Assembly (NCBI GenBank): GCA_016861245.1
Contig: BOKZ01000001.1
Coordinates: 77,107 to 141,106 of the forward strand
From: Patescibacteria group bacterium
Lineage (GTDB): Bacteria; Patescibacteriota; UBA1384; 2-12-FULL-50-11
Length of the DNA: 64,000 nucleotides
Direction: 5' to 3'
In this document: piece by piece, positions 19,985-33,302 of the stretch
Numbering within the stretch: position 1 is the stretch's first letter
Layout: the number at the start of each line of letters is the position of its first letter
The notes under the pieces: model-generated
Databases searched by the model: none
Seen by the model: the letters and a program-made list of their open reading frames with translations, nothing else
What the model was told of the DNA's origin: nothing
Position numbers and translations under genes: made by a program

Positions 19985-20211
19985 TAGCTGTTTGATCCTT
20001 TCTTGGCTTGAGCTTTTTGCAAACGCTCTTTAAAGCGGTCAACACGACCCGCTGTGTCGACTAATTTCGTTTTACCGGTATAGAGCGGGTGGCAATTTGG
20101 GCAGATGTCTAAGCGTAACTCTGGCACAGTCGCGCCAACTTCGAAACTGTTACCACATGAGCAAGTGATCGTAGCGTTCGGATAGTATTGTGGGTGGATA
20201 TCTTTCTTCAT
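19984..20211 (-). CDS. rpmE: 50S ribosomal protein L31 (Zn-binding type)
   Basis: [28 protein letters not shown]. Confidence 0.97.
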   Translation of the reverse strand: MKKDIHPQYYPNATITCSCGNSFEVGATVPELRLDICPNCHPLYTGKTKLVDTAGRVDRFKERLQKAQAKKGSNS

Positions 20212-20325
20212 TTGTATTTACCAAGAAATTGTACCAGAACAGGTTTGGCTCGACAAGAGAGCGAGCTGCGACAAAATAGCCTTAAAGTCTCGAAGTTTAC
20301 GGCTATTTCTAGTAAAATTACCCTA

Positions 20326-21207
20326 ATGTCACAAGAGTTAGAGCGCCGCTTGGCCGAAGCCGAGCAGCTGCTTGCAGAGAGTACAGACAAAGAGATTCAA
20401 CAACTCGCTAAGGACGAGATCGTTTCGATAAAGCGCGAACTTGATCGGAGCAACCCGATTAACCAACGGAACGCCGTACTTGAGATTCGTGCCGGCACTG
20501 GCGGCGACGAGGCGGAATTGTTCGCCCGGGAGCTGTTACGGATGTACCAGCGCTACGCAGAAAACAAGGGCTGGAAGGTTGAACTAATCGAGCTTAACCA
20601 GTCGGAACTTGGTGGAGTTAAATCAGCCGTTGCAACAATTAAGGGTGTCGAAGCGTACTCGGAGATTCGCTTTGAGGGCGGTGTTCACAGGGTACAACGC
20701 GTTCCGAAAACCGAGAAATCTGGGCGGATACATACTTCTGCGGTTAGTGTGGCCGTACTACCTGAGGCTAAAGAAGTGGACGTGGAGATTCGACCAGATC
20801 AACTCCGAGTTGATGTTTACCGAGCGGGCGGTCACGGCGGCCAGGGCGTCAATACCACCGACTCGGCTGTTCGCCTAACCCATTTACCAACTGGTATCGT
20901 TGTAACCTGCCAAGACGAACGATCGCAGCTTAAGAATAAAGAGAAGGCGATGAACGTCTTACGGAGCCGACTTTGGGAGTTTGAGCAACAGAAACAATCT
21001 GAGAGTATCGGCTCACAACGCCGAGAGATGATTAAAAGCGGCGACCGATCTGACAAGATCCGTACCTATAACTTTCCTCAAAGCCGGATTACTGATCACC
21101 GCATTAATAAGAGTTGGCATAATCTGGAGTCGATTTTAGGCGGTAACATCGAACCGATTATAACCGCACTGCGTGACGCCAATTTAGGTATAAACAATGA
21201 CGATTGA
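20326..21207 (+). CDS. prfA: Peptide chain release factor 1 (N-terminally short)
   Basis: [21 protein letters not shown] (PxT), GGQ, RTYNFPQ. ATG at 20326 follows TAAAAT. Confidence 0.93.
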   Translation: MSQELERRLAEAEQLLAESTDKEIQQLAKDEIVSIKRELDRSNPINQRNAVLEIRAGTGGDEAELFARELLRMYQRYAENKGWKVELIELNQSELGGVKSAVATIKGVEAYSEIRFEGGVHRVQRVPKTEKSGRIHTSAVSVAVLPEAKEVDVEIRPDQLRVDVYRAGGHGGQGVNTTDSAVRLTHLPTGIVVTCQDERSQLKNKEKAMNVLRSRLWEFEQQKQSESIGSQRREMIKSGDRSDKIRTYNFPQSRITDHRINKSWHNLESILGGNIEPIITALRDANLGINNDD

Positions 21208-22042
21208 GCAATTGCTGCGTGAAGCCACCGATAAACTTAAAGATAACGGATACGTTCACGGCGAACGAGAAGCCATGCTAATGCTCCAGCCGTTATTCGA
21301 CCAAGATACGGCTTGGTTTATAACTCACGGCGAAAATGAGGTTGCAGACGAGACTATCGAGCAATTCACTGAACACGTCGAGCAACGGATAAGCGGCAAA
21401 CCGCTTGCCTACATTTTAGGCACCCAACAGTTCATGGGTTGGCAGCTTGCCTGTGACGAACGAGCGCTTATCCCCCGCCCTGAGACTGAGCAGCTTGTCG
21501 AACAAGTCGTCAAACAGGTTCGTGACTTTAAACTAGAATCTGGAAAATTTTTAGAAATCGGAACTGGTACTGGTGCGATATCGTTGTCATTAAAAAAGTA
21601 TTTCCCAGAGGCAGACGTCACTGCCACAGACGTTTCGACTGAAGCGTTAGAGCTAGCCGAAGAGAATCGGGCTCGACTAAAGGTCGACGTTGATTTTATC
21701 GAGAGCGACCTATTTAACTCCGTTCCAAAAGAACAGTACGATCTTATCGTTGCTAACTTACCGTACGTTCCGACACAAAAGCTAGAATTTGTCTCCGAGC
21801 AGATCCTCGACTGGGAACCGATGATAGCTATCGAAGCCGGCGAGGACGGCCTCGGATACATCCGTCCGTTTCTAAACGATCTTCCGAAATACCTTTCCAG
21901 TCACGGTATCGCTGCGATCGAGATGTGGCACACTCACGCTGACGCCGTGATAGCATTAGCCAAAAATCTACCGCACCACGAGGTAATTATCGAAAAAGAC
22001 CTAGCCGGGTTCGATCGGTTCGCGCTCTTTTTGCCGATTTAA
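21197..22042 (+). CDS. prmC: Release factor glutamine methyltransferase
   Basis: [26 protein letters not shown]; follows prfA. Confidence 0.93.
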   Translation: MTIEQLLREATDKLKDNGYVHGEREAMLMLQPLFDQDTAWFITHGENEVADETIEQFTEHVEQRISGKPLAYILGTQQFMGWQLACDERALIPRPETEQLVEQVVKQVRDFKLESGKFLEIGTGTGAISLSLKKYFPEADVTATDVSTEALELAEENRARLKVDVDFIESDLFNSVPKEQYDLIVANLPYVPTQKLEFVSEQILDWEPMIAIEAGEDGLGYIRPFLNDLPKYLSSHGIAAIEMWHTHADAVIALAKNLPHHEVIIEKDLAGFDRFALFLPI

Positions 22043-23202
22043 TCAGAGCTTAACTCACCAAGAGTCAGCTCAACACTGATTGTCTTACCGTCTCGTAAAA
22101 CTGTTAGAGTTACCTTATCGCCCGGATTATACTTGCGAGTAATCCGACCGAGCGTATTCGTCTCGGTAATCTCCTGGTTATCAACTCGAGTAATCACGTC
22201 GTTCTCTTTTAGCCCGGCTTTTTCTGCTGGCGAGCCAGCCGCGATCGCCGGTGCGGTGCTAGACCCGATAATAAGCGCCCCCTTCTCGACAGTGAGTTTC
22301 AATGAAGACGCGACTGCTTTCGTTAGCGCTTGATACCGAACACCGATGTACGGGCGGACAATTTTCCCGTTCTCTCTGTAACTATCGAGCGCCTTTTTAA
22401 GTTCGTTAACCTGAATCGCAAAACCGATATTTTGCGCGTTTCCAGCGATAGCAGTGTTAATACCGATAACTTGTCCTTTTAGATTAACTAGCGGACCGCC
22501 GGAGTTACCGGGGTTGATGGCGGTATCGGTCTGGAATAACCCGTCTAAATTCTCCACTTTCCCGCTGGCGTCGGTCGGCGTTGCTTTTCGCTCGAGCGCT
22601 GAGATTACTCCAACGGTGACGCTGTTTTGGAGTTCGCCAAGCGCGTTACCGACTGCGATTACCCATTGTCCGACTTGGATTTTGTCGGAGTCGCCAAGAT
22701 CGGCCACCGGTAACCCCCTGGCTTCGATTTTAATCAAAGCCAAATCTGTAACAGGGTCTTTAGAAACAACTACGCCTGGGTAGGATTTGCTGTCGGATGT
22801 TGTGATCGTAAAATCTTTTCCGCCGTCGACGACGTGTTTATTGGTAGCAATTAACCCGTCGCTGGTTACGATAAAACCGGTACCTGAGGTCTGCGGCGTT
22901 CGGAACCCAAAAATATCTCTAATCGGTGCGCCTGTCCCAGCGATACTAACAACTGAGCTGTTAATTTTTTTGTTTGCGTCAATAATCGCTGAGGATTCCT
23001 CAACGATAATCTTTTCAGTTTTACTGGTTTGAATATTGAAGGTCTGCAAGTTATCTAGCCCGAGCTTTGTGCGTAGCGTTTCACCAGCCGGAGTTGCCGA
23101 GAGAAAATACAATACACCGAACGTACCAATAACGCTCACAACCAAAAACGAGAGCAAGACGCCGCCGATAAATAGCACTTTGTTTTTTTGAAGTTGTTGC
23201 AT
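22039..23202 (-). CDS. htrA: HtrA/DegP serine protease with PDZ
   Basis: TNKHVV, DLALIK, INPGNSGGPL, PDZ. Confidence 0.92.
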   Translation of the reverse strand: MQQLQKNKVLFIGGVLLSFLVVSVIGTFGVLYFLSATPAGETLRTKLGLDNLQTFNIQTSKTEKIIVEESSAIIDANKKINSSVVSIAGTGAPIRDIFGFRTPQTSGTGFIVTSDGLIATNKHVVDGGKDFTITTSDSKSYPGVVVSKDPVTDLALIKIEARGLPVADLGDSDKIQVGQWVIAVGNALGELQNSVTVGVISALERKATPTDASGKVENLDGLFQTDTAINPGNSGGPLVNLKGQVIGINTAIAGNAQNIGFAIQVNELKKALDSYRENGKIVRPYIGVRYQALTKAVASSLKLTVEKGALIIGSSTAPAIAAGSPAEKAGLKENDVITRVDNQEITETNTLGRITRKYNPGDKVTLTVLRDGKTISVELTLGELSSD

Positions 23203-23205
23203 GAA

Positions 23206-23466
23206 CTACTTTTTCTTAGATTTACTCTGCTGTTCGCGTTCGTGGAGCGCTCGCATTATCCCCTGAACAGCTGTTGCAACTGTCCCAACGTTAACAATCG
23301 CCGGAACGATATCGGCAACAAAACTCTTGAACGTACCAGATAAATTATCGAGCTTAGCTACAAGGCGATTGGCGCGATACAAAAGCGCAATTAAAAATAT
23401 AAGGGCAACGATAAAACCGATCAAGACGATAACTGACAAAACGTTCATGAGCTCAATACTATTCAT
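23206..23466 (-). CDS. Small single-TM hypothetical protein
   Basis: Hydrophobic N-terminus; packed in an operon; AGGAGG SD. Confidence 0.7.
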   Translation of the reverse strand: MNSIELMNVLSVIVLIGFIVALIFLIALLYRANRLVAKLDNLSGTFKSFVADIVPAIVNVGTVATAVQGIMRALHEREQQSKSKKK

Positions 23467-24002
23467 TTACCTCCTAGCTTAGACTTTCTGTTAATGACAA
23501 TCCAGGCAGTTTTATCAAACGTAGAATTCGGAAATACGTGCAGCTGCCCTTTACTATCTCGGAGCCGGATTTTCCGGGCGTCCATCCGTTCTATAACCCC
23601 CACAACGTCCTGAATTTTAACTTCATCACCAGGGTTAAAGTCTGGATCCTGTGCCAGAAAAATTCCCGACACCAGATCTTGGATAAACGCTGATGAGCCA
23701 ACTGAGATAGCAATACCGGCGATGGCAACGGTACTCGAGAGAGCGAACGCGACTTGCGTTAGACCAATCTGCTGCAAAATAGCAGCTAGCAGAAAAATCC
23801 AGAGCGCAACATCGATAACGTTAATAAGAATGCCTTTCATCGCTGCGTTTGCCCGTGAAACACGTACTAGGCTGTGAACGATACTTTTAAGGAGTCTGAT
23901 TAAAAGGTACCCAACGATAAGCGTCAGCAGTAGCGCGGGAAGCTTATCCCAAGCTTTAACGCCGATCTCAAAAATATGATCGGTGAACGATAACGTTTGC
24001 AT
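23463..24002 (-). CDS. Small MscS-family mechanosensitive channel
   Basis: TM segments, DLVSGIFL, FNPGDEVKI..V.GVIE, FPNS. Confidence 0.85.
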   Translation of the reverse strand: MQTLSFTDHIFEIGVKAWDKLPALLLTLIVGYLLIRLLKSIVHSLVRVSRANAAMKGILINVIDVALWIFLLAAILQQIGLTQVAFALSSTVAIAGIAISVGSSAFIQDLVSGIFLAQDPDFNPGDEVKIQDVVGVIERMDARKIRLRDSKGQLHVFPNSTFDKTAWIVINRKSKLGGK

Positions 24003-24031
24003 AATTCTATGCTAACACACCGCCTACTATT

Positions 24032-25387
24032 TTACTTTGCGAGTTCTTCAAGTAACGCTTGGCGGACTTGCTGGATGTTCGCGCGACCCTTAGTTTTAGC
24101 CATCGCTTGACCAACTAAAAAGTTTAGAACTGCTTCTTTGCCCGATTTGTATTCTTGAACTTGACCGGGAAAACTAACGATTACTTCATGCGAAATTAAG
24201 TTAAGATCTATATCACCTACTTCTTTTTCGATAGCACCAAGCTGCTGCCTTAATTCATTTGAATCCCTACTCTCGGCGATAAGCGTTTTAATAACATCAT
24301 TGGCTAACCCGAGTTCTTTCTTCTTGGTCACCAGTAACTCTTGGTACTCGAGCTCGCGATCCCCAAACTCTGGGAACGCCAGAAGAAGTTTGGCAGCGTC
24401 GATTGCTAGCTCGTGATTCTTCGCAGCAAGATCGGTTACTAATTTGTAACCACCTTTATCGAGTACTGCCTGAATCATATCTTTCGAAAGACCGATCGCC
24501 GTCAGCTCACCTCGTTGCTGTTCTGGTAGTAAATGGTTAGATTGCTCTGCGAGCTCGATCGAGACCCGTGGTAAATCTGGCTCTGGAAAGTAGCGATAAT
24601 CGGCGCTGGTTTCTTTAGTGCGCATCGACACCGTTTCGCCTGTTTGATCGTTCCAGGTTCGCGTTTCTTGAACAAGTGATTCGCCTGCGTCGAGCGCTTT
24701 TGTTTGCCGCTCAAACTCGTAATTGATCGCTCGTTCTACCGATCGGAATGAGTTAATATTTTTAACTTCAACTTTGGTACCGAATTCATCTGTTTTTGAT
24801 ACAGAGATATTGGCTTCGCAACGCATATAACCCTTTTCCATATCGGCTGAAGAAATCTTTAACGAGCGCATAATTCGTTGCAGCTCCTGACAGAACTTCT
24901 TAGCGGCTTCGGCGCTGTGAAACTCGGGCTTAGTGACGATTTCTAAAAGCGGTACACCGGCTCGATTGTAGTCAACTAGCGAATGCGTTTTATCGCTCGA
25001 GTGCGTCAGCTTGCCGGCGTCTTCCTCGAGGTGAGCGTGATCAAGATGATACTGCTCTCCATCGATCGTAATAACTCCACCCTGCACCAGCGGTAGCGCC
25101 GACTGCGATATCTGGTAACCCTTCGGTAAATCTGGGTAAAAGTAATTTTTGCGCGCCCAAAATGTTTCTGTTGGAATCTCGGCGTTAATTACTTGACCAA
25201 ATCTCACTACCATCGCGATCGCTTCCTTATTGGCTAGCGGTAGCGCTCCAGGCAAGCCGTAACAAACCGGGCAGACGTTCGTATTTGGCTCGGAGTGGAA
25301 TGGGTCGTTCTTACACGAACAAAACATCTTTGTTTTAGTCTCAAGCTCGACGTGGATCTCCATCCCGACAGTTAGCTTCCAACTCAT
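24032..25387 (-). CDS. gatB: Asp/Glu-tRNA amidotransferase subunit B
   Basis: GMEIHVEL, RKNYFYPDLPKGYQISQ, LEEDAGK, RCEANIS, YRYFPEPD. Confidence 0.97.
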   Translation of the reverse strand: MSWKLTVGMEIHVELETKTKMFCSCKNDPFHSEPNTNVCPVCYGLPGALPLANKEAIAMVVRFGQVINAEIPTETFWARKNYFYPDLPKGYQISQSALPLVQGGVITIDGEQYHLDHAHLEEDAGKLTHSSDKTHSLVDYNRAGVPLLEIVTKPEFHSAEAAKKFCQELQRIMRSLKISSADMEKGYMRCEANISVSKTDEFGTKVEVKNINSFRSVERAINYEFERQTKALDAGESLVQETRTWNDQTGETVSMRTKETSADYRYFPEPDLPRVSIELAEQSNHLLPEQQRGELTAIGLSKDMIQAVLDKGGYKLVTDLAAKNHELAIDAAKLLLAFPEFGDRELEYQELLVTKKKELGLANDVIKTLIAESRDSNELRQQLGAIEKEVGDIDLNLISHEVIVSFPGQVQEYKSGKEAVLNFLVGQAMAKTKGRANIQQVRQALLEELAK

Positions 25388-25779
25388 TTCTTACCTCGCA
25401 ATTCACTAGTGGCTGAGCGGAAGTTGCTGAGATATTGGCTTAGTTCCCAATCAGCTACGAAGCTGCCATTCTCGTGTACTAGCTCGTTCCTTTTCTTATG
25501 AGCCTGCCAGAGTTGATTGTAGACGGTTTTCGACATAACGCTCGCAACCGACTTCAAGCGCTCGCCCATTGTGTTACCGGCGATACCCGCTTGTTTAAGA
25601 ATATCGTCTACCAACATATCAGCTTGGATGATAGCTTGCTTTTTCTGGGCTTGGTCGCTACTACCGGCCATTTGATCGATCGACTGCCACTTAGCTTCTA
25701 CGGCGTGCCAATTAACCGAACGAAACGTTGCTTTATTGTTTGTCTGCTTGCTACCAAAAAGAAAATCGATAATTCCCAT
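25384..25779 (-). CDS. Hypothetical helical protein with a HEPN-like Rx4H motif
   Basis: TMGERLK...AHKKRNELVHE. Confidence 0.6.
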   Translation of the reverse strand: MGIIDFLFGSKQTNNKATFRSVNWHAVEAKWQSIDQMAGSSDQAQKKQAIIQADMLVDDILKQAGIAGNTMGERLKSVASVMSKTVYNQLWQAHKKRNELVHENGSFVADWELSQYLSNFRSATSELRGKK

Positions 25780-26003
25780 TAATTCATACTCTGGCTAATT
25801 CTCTGAAGAATATCCGGAAGTTTTGCTGTAACAATTACGCCTAAATAGAGGATTAATACTGTGGCGACAACAGCAACAACGAGACGTTTTGTAACCCGAT
25901 ACACCGGCTCGGTCTTCTCTTTACGGCGTTGTTCGATCGCTGCTTTCTCGGCTAGCTCCTGCTCAAGGCGCTGTTCTTTACGGATTCGTTCGTTTCTACC
26001 CAT
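25779..26003 (-). CDS. Small hypothetical membrane protein
   Basis: MGRNERIRKE, charged helix then one TM; GGAGG SD before ATG 26003. Confidence 0.65.
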   Translation of the reverse strand: MGRNERIRKEQRLEQELAEKAAIEQRRKEKTEPVYRVTKRLVVAVVATVLILYLGVIVTAKLPDILQRISQSMN

Positions 26004-27351
26004 TATCCTCCTCTGGTTTACGCAGGTGCCAATCGGTATCGGCTTGATATTGTTTAGCAACCGATAGGATAACGTTTTCGTTAAATCGGTCTGCCATTAA
26101 TTGCGCTCCGATAGGCAGCTTACTTGCACTGAAACCAACTGGCAGCGACAGCGCTGGGATGCCGGCGAGGTTGGCGCCAACAGTAAGTAGATCTGATTGA
26201 TACATCGCAATCGGATCCTGGGCGCGTTCACCGATCTTAAAGGGCAACGTCGGTGTGGTAGCACTCACTAAAAGATCGACATTTGCGAAAACTTCCTTAT
26301 GTTCGTTAATAATCTGGTGGCGGACTTTTTCGGCTTGCTCGTAGTAGGCGTCGTAGTGCCCAACGGAGAGCGCGAACGTGCCAAGGAGAATACGTCGCTT
26401 AACTTCTGGGCCAAAGAGATATCGAGTATCTCGGTAAGTATCAGCAAGGTCTTGACTAGTTCTGACGCTCGCTCTAAATCTTATACCATCAAATCGTGCT
26501 AGATTTGCCGAAGCTTCGGCCGGCAAAATAATGTAATACGCTGGAAGCGCCAGCGGTAACGACGGAAGTGAGACATCAGAAATCGTAGCGCCGCGATGTC
26601 TTAGCCACTCGACAAAATCCTGGTTGGTTTGTTTGACCTCTGGGTCAATTTCAAGATCCCAAAGCTCTTTCGGTAGCCCAATTTTTAACGACGCGATATC
26701 GACATCCTTCGTCTCATACTGATAGTCGAGAGTACTTTGATCGTGTTCATCTTTACCCGCGATAACCGAGAATACCCGCTCAACTTGCTCAGCTGTTCGG
26801 GCAAACGGTCCGATTACGTCTAGCGAGGAAGCAAGCGCTACTAATCCGTACCGGGAAACAACGCCGTACGTCGGTTTGAGGCCAGTTACCCCACAAAACG
26901 CCGTCGGCTGACGGATCGAGCCACCGGTATCCGAACCAAGACTGACATCACAGAGATCGGCAGCAACTGCAGCAGCTGAACCTCCGGACGAGCCACCGGG
27001 AACAGTTTCCTGTCCCCAAGGGTTTCTGGTAACACCATACGCTGAATTCTCGGTACTCGAGCCCATCGCAAACTCATCGAGATTAGTTTTACCGATAAGC
27101 GTTGCGTTAGCTTCTCTTAGCTTTTTGATCACGGTCGCGTCGTAGGGGGCGATATAACCTTCCAATATCTTTGAACCGGCCGTTAGCGGCCAGTCCTTTA
27201 CCGAAATGTTGTCTTTAACAGCGATAACGAGATCTTTAAGCGGACCTGTTGTTGACATCTCCACATCCGCACCCTCTGGAGTAAAGAGAAACGCGTTTAG
27301 GTGCGAGCCCTTGCTCTTGATGGTGTCTAAATAATCGTGAGCTTTACACAT
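25996..27351 (-). CDS. gatA: Glu-tRNA amidotransferase subunit A
   Basis: KDNI, GKTNLDEFAMGSS, GGSSGGS, GSDTGGSIRQP. Alternative start is GTG at 27357. Confidence 0.97.
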   Translation of the reverse strand: MCKAHDYLDTIKSKGSHLNAFLFTPEGADVEMSTTGPLKDLVIAVKDNISVKDWPLTAGSKILEGYIAPYDATVIKKLREANATLIGKTNLDEFAMGSSTENSAYGVTRNPWGQETVPGGSSGGSAAAVAADLCDVSLGSDTGGSIRQPTAFCGVTGLKPTYGVVSRYGLVALASSLDVIGPFARTAEQVERVFSVIAGKDEHDQSTLDYQYETKDVDIASLKIGLPKELWDLEIDPEVKQTNQDFVEWLRHRGATISDVSLPSLPLALPAYYIILPAEASANLARFDGIRFRASVRTSQDLADTYRDTRYLFGPEVKRRILLGTFALSVGHYDAYYEQAEKVRHQIINEHKEVFANVDLLVSATTPTLPFKIGERAQDPIAMYQSDLLTVGANLAGIPALSLPVGFSASKLPIGAQLMADRFNENVILSVAKQYQADTDWHLRKPEEDNG

Positions 27352-27646
27352 CGTCACTGACTCCGAAAACGGGTGGGACGACGTTCTGGTTTTTCTCCCA
27401 CTGCGGTGATAACTGCTGCAGCTGATCGAGTGTTAGCCCATTGTTGCCAGGAACGTCATCACGCAACATCTCGAGGTTTACGGCGTTCTTTTGGCTGCCG
27501 GTAGTTATCTCGCTTTTCTGGAGTGCTTCAACAAACTCAGCAATTTTCGGCAGCTCACGAGAAAACTTCTCTTTTTCAGCGTCATTTAATGCTAGACGGG
27601 CAAGTTTAGCAAGATGATCGATTTCGCTGGCAGATAGTCCTGACAT
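27344..27646 (-). CDS. gatC: Amidotransferase subunit C
   Basis: HLAKLARL, LRDD, VPPV; lies upstream of gatA. Confidence 0.85.
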   Translation of the reverse strand: MSGLSASEIDHLAKLARLALNDAEKEKFSRELPKIAEFVEALQKSEITTGSQKNAVNLEMLRDDVPGNNGLTLDQLQQLSPQWEKNQNVVPPVFGVSDDV

Positions 27647-27737
27647 CAGGTTCAAGTATACCAATCCTGGAATTAGGGCTCAACTGGTTGATTTTTCTTA
27701 TGTTTAAGATATAATCCCAAACGACACAGGAGGAAGT

Positions 27738-28306
27738 ATGACCTTTAACTCAACGACCATGGGAAGACCAATCTTTCTTTCGGGAGAGGTTGGCCCCGAT
27801 ATGCTCGGCAAACTCGACAACGCCTTAACCGAACTGCTTGATCCAAAGAAGCTCGAGGAAGGGCCTAAAAAAGCTACTATCGTTCTGAGCTCAAACGGAG
27901 GGCTTGTGAACTTTGGCGAAGCAATAATCGAACGCATTCAGCTTGCGTCGAAGATTATTCCGATTGACATCATCGGCGCAACATTCGTCGGTTCTATGGG
28001 GACAGCAATCTTCTTATCGGTACCACCCGCTCGGCGTTACGTGACATCACGTTGCCAGATCCTGATTCACCCGTACTCACGAGGAATGAAGGAGATCTCA
28101 TCGATTGCGCTTGATGCGTTACAGCGAGAGCTGGAGGAATCACTCGACGCCCTGTCCGTACCCAAAGCAGCCGAGGAACGGATTATCCGACAATTGATCA
28201 AGGAAACCGGTCTGCCGTCAACAACTATCCGAAAAATGTGGCGTAAGTCGCACCGGTTCACCGCCAAGGAGGCGGTCGAGCTTGGTCTCGCCAGTTCGAT
28301 CATCCG

Positions 28307-28310
<4 letters not shown>
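27738..28310 (+). CDS. ClpP-like (S14/crotonase-fold) protein
   Basis: LSSNGG, GSMG, ILIHP, TGLP, FTAKEAVELGL; AGGAGG SD. Confidence 0.75.
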
Positions 28311-31202
<2,892 letters not shown>

Positions 31203-31242
31203 CTCTGCAGTAATTATACCCGTTTAGTCGCGGGTAAAAGTA

Positions 31243-31797
31243 TTAGAACTGAACTTTAACCGGCTCTTTTTCACCCTCGGCGGCTTCAAAGAACTCACGT
31301 TGTGAGTAGCCGAGCATACCGGCAAACAACGAAGTTGGGAACTGCTCGATCTTAATGTTTAGATCTCGGACGTTGGCGTTGTAGAAACGGCGTGACGCCT
31401 GAATCTTATCTTCAGTATCCGTCAATTCAGTTTGAAGCTGAAGGAAATTTTGCGAAGATCTGATATCTGGATACGCTTCTGAGACAGCGAATAGCGACTT
31501 CAGCGTTTCGGAAAGCATATTCTCGGCCTTTCCTTTGGCGGCCGGCCCTTGTGCGTTCATCGCAGCGGCACGCGCTTCGGTTACTTTAGTGAATACTGTC
31601 TGTTCTTGCTTAGCGATACCTTTAACGGTCTCAACTAAATTTGGAATAAGATCATAACGACGCTTTAACTGAACATCGATATCGCTCCACGCCTCATCCG
31701 TTCTATTTTTTAGCGCTACTAAACTGTTGTAAGTAGCAATAAGCCATAAGAGAAAGAGAACGACCGCACCGATAAGTATCCAAATCCATAATGCCAT
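31243..31797 (-). CDS. lemA: LemA family protein
   Basis: WSDIDVQLKRRYDLIPNLVETVK, EAYPD, RRFYN. Confidence 0.95.
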   Translation of the reverse strand: MALWIWILIGAVVLFLLWLIATYNSLVALKNRTDEAWSDIDVQLKRRYDLIPNLVETVKGIAKQEQTVFTKVTEARAAAMNAQGPAAKGKAENMLSETLKSLFAVSEAYPDIRSSQNFLQLQTELTDTEDKIQASRRFYNANVRDLNIKIEQFPTSLFAGMLGYSQREFFEAAEGEKEPVKVQF

Positions 31798-31836
31798 TTG
31801 ATCTAATAATACGAGCAACGCTGCGTCTTTGCAAGA

Positions 31837-32070
31837 CTACGGCTCGATCTGTAGGGTTTGATTCTCTTGTTTCTCTAGAAACGGGAATATCGCTGAGAGT
31901 CCTGTCTTGGCGCCTCGGAACGAGAGTAGAAGCATAACGAACAGTACTGCGCAGATAACACTGATCGTACCAACAACAATCATCATTAACGTCCGACGTC
32001 CTCCTGGGAAGCCAGCATGAGTAATAACTTCTTGCGCCTCACCAACAGTAATCAACGCTTCCTCTGCCAT
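31837..32070 (-). CDS. Small single-TM hypothetical protein
   Basis: 77-aa ORF with a TM; TATAGT 6 nt upstream. Confidence 0.6.
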   Translation of the reverse strand: MAEEALITVGEAQEVITHAGFPGGRRTLMMIVVGTISVICAVLFVMLLLSFRGAKTGLSAIFPFLEKQENQTLQIEP

Positions 32071-32107
32071 AGCTCCACTATATCGCGTTAGTTCGTTGTT
32101 CGACTAG

Positions 32108-33265
32108 CTATTTATTAGCTAACTCAAGCGCTCTTTCTAATACAGCGTCCGAGGTCCCTTCGATCTTATCTTCGATAACGACGTCTGGCTCGATCCCCAT
32201 CTTATTAATCGCTCGATCTTTCGGGGTTAACCACTCGGCGATCGTCAAACGAAGCGCAGCGCTGCCGTAGAGCGGAATAATATCCTGGACCGAGCCTTTG
32301 CCGTATGTTTTCTCGCCGATCAAGGTCGCCCGGTCGTAGTCCTGTAGCGCACCCGCTAAAATTTCTGAGGCCGAGGCAGAGCTGTCGTTAACGAGGATAA
32401 AGAGCGGCATGTCGGGCAGAATCGGTACACTCGTCGAACGCAGCGAATCGGTCTTCCCGCTCTTATATTTTTCTTTCACGATCACCGACGGTGGCAAGAA
32501 GAGTCCGGCGATCGGTGGCACCGAGTTAAGATAGCCACCAGGATTATTACGTAAATCTAAGATGATCGCTTTGGCTTTTTTATCTTTTAGAGATTTAGCT
32601 GCTTCTGTTACACCTTCTACGGTATCGTCTCCAAATTGGGAAACATCGATGTACCCGACTTGACCCTTCATCTCAGATTTAACGCTCTTTACTTGGATTT
32701 TTGCCCGAGTGATCTTGAAAACAATCGGATCGTCAGTGCCAGAGCGCTCAACTAATAACGCTACGGTCGTGTCTTTCGGACCACGGATTTTAGAGACAAC
32801 TTCGTCCAGTACCAAGCCTTCGGTCGGTTGATCGTCGACCGCGAGGATTAAATCATTTGCTTTTAGGCCAGCTTTCTCCGCCGGAGAACCTGGGATCAGC
32901 TCGACGATTTCAGTTCTTCTATCTTTTTCAGAAAGTATCGCACCGATCCCGTCAAATTGACCGCTTAACTCTTCGTCGAGTCGCTTGCGCTCGTCGGCCG
33001 GGAGGTAGCTCGAGTACGGGTCGTCGAGGCTCTCAACTAACCCCTTTGTTGCTCCTTCGACTGCTTTGTCTTTGTCGAGAGTACCGATGTATTCTTTCTG
33101 GAGTAAGCCGTAAACATTCCAAAACTGTGTTAAATCGAGCGCGCTTTTGCGACGCTCCATCGAGGTTCCGGCTAACATCCCCGCCGCGAACACCAATAGC
33201 ACAGCAAAAGTAACTAGTAACCTAGAAAAGAGTTGTCGTTTTTGCTGAGGCGATAGTTCTTGCAT
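32108..33265 (-). CDS. S41 carboxyl-terminal processing protease
   Basis: LDDPYS, PDZ, DLRNNPGG, SASASEI, TYGKGSVQ. Confidence 0.93.
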   Translation of the reverse strand: MQELSPQQKRQLFSRLLVTFAVLLVFAAGMLAGTSMERRKSALDLTQFWNVYGLLQKEYIGTLDKDKAVEGATKGLVESLDDPYSSYLPADERKRLDEELSGQFDGIGAILSEKDRRTEIVELIPGSPAEKAGLKANDLILAVDDQPTEGLVLDEVVSKIRGPKDTTVALLVERSGTDDPIVFKITRAKIQVKSVKSEMKGQVGYIDVSQFGDDTVEGVTEAAKSLKDKKAKAIILDLRNNPGGYLNSVPPIAGLFLPPSVIVKEKYKSGKTDSLRSTSVPILPDMPLFILVNDSSASASEILAGALQDYDRATLIGEKTYGKGSVQDIIPLYGSAALRLTIAEWLTPKDRAINKMGIEPDVVIEDKIEGTSDAVLERALELANK

Positions 33266-33302
33266 CCGTATAGCGTTGTACTTGCTTACGGTATCTTGCC
33301 AG

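Noticed and set aside
20188-20325. N-terminal extension of prfA in the ORF track
   Set aside because: Overlaps the rpmE start and the divergent promoter region and is not RF1-like.
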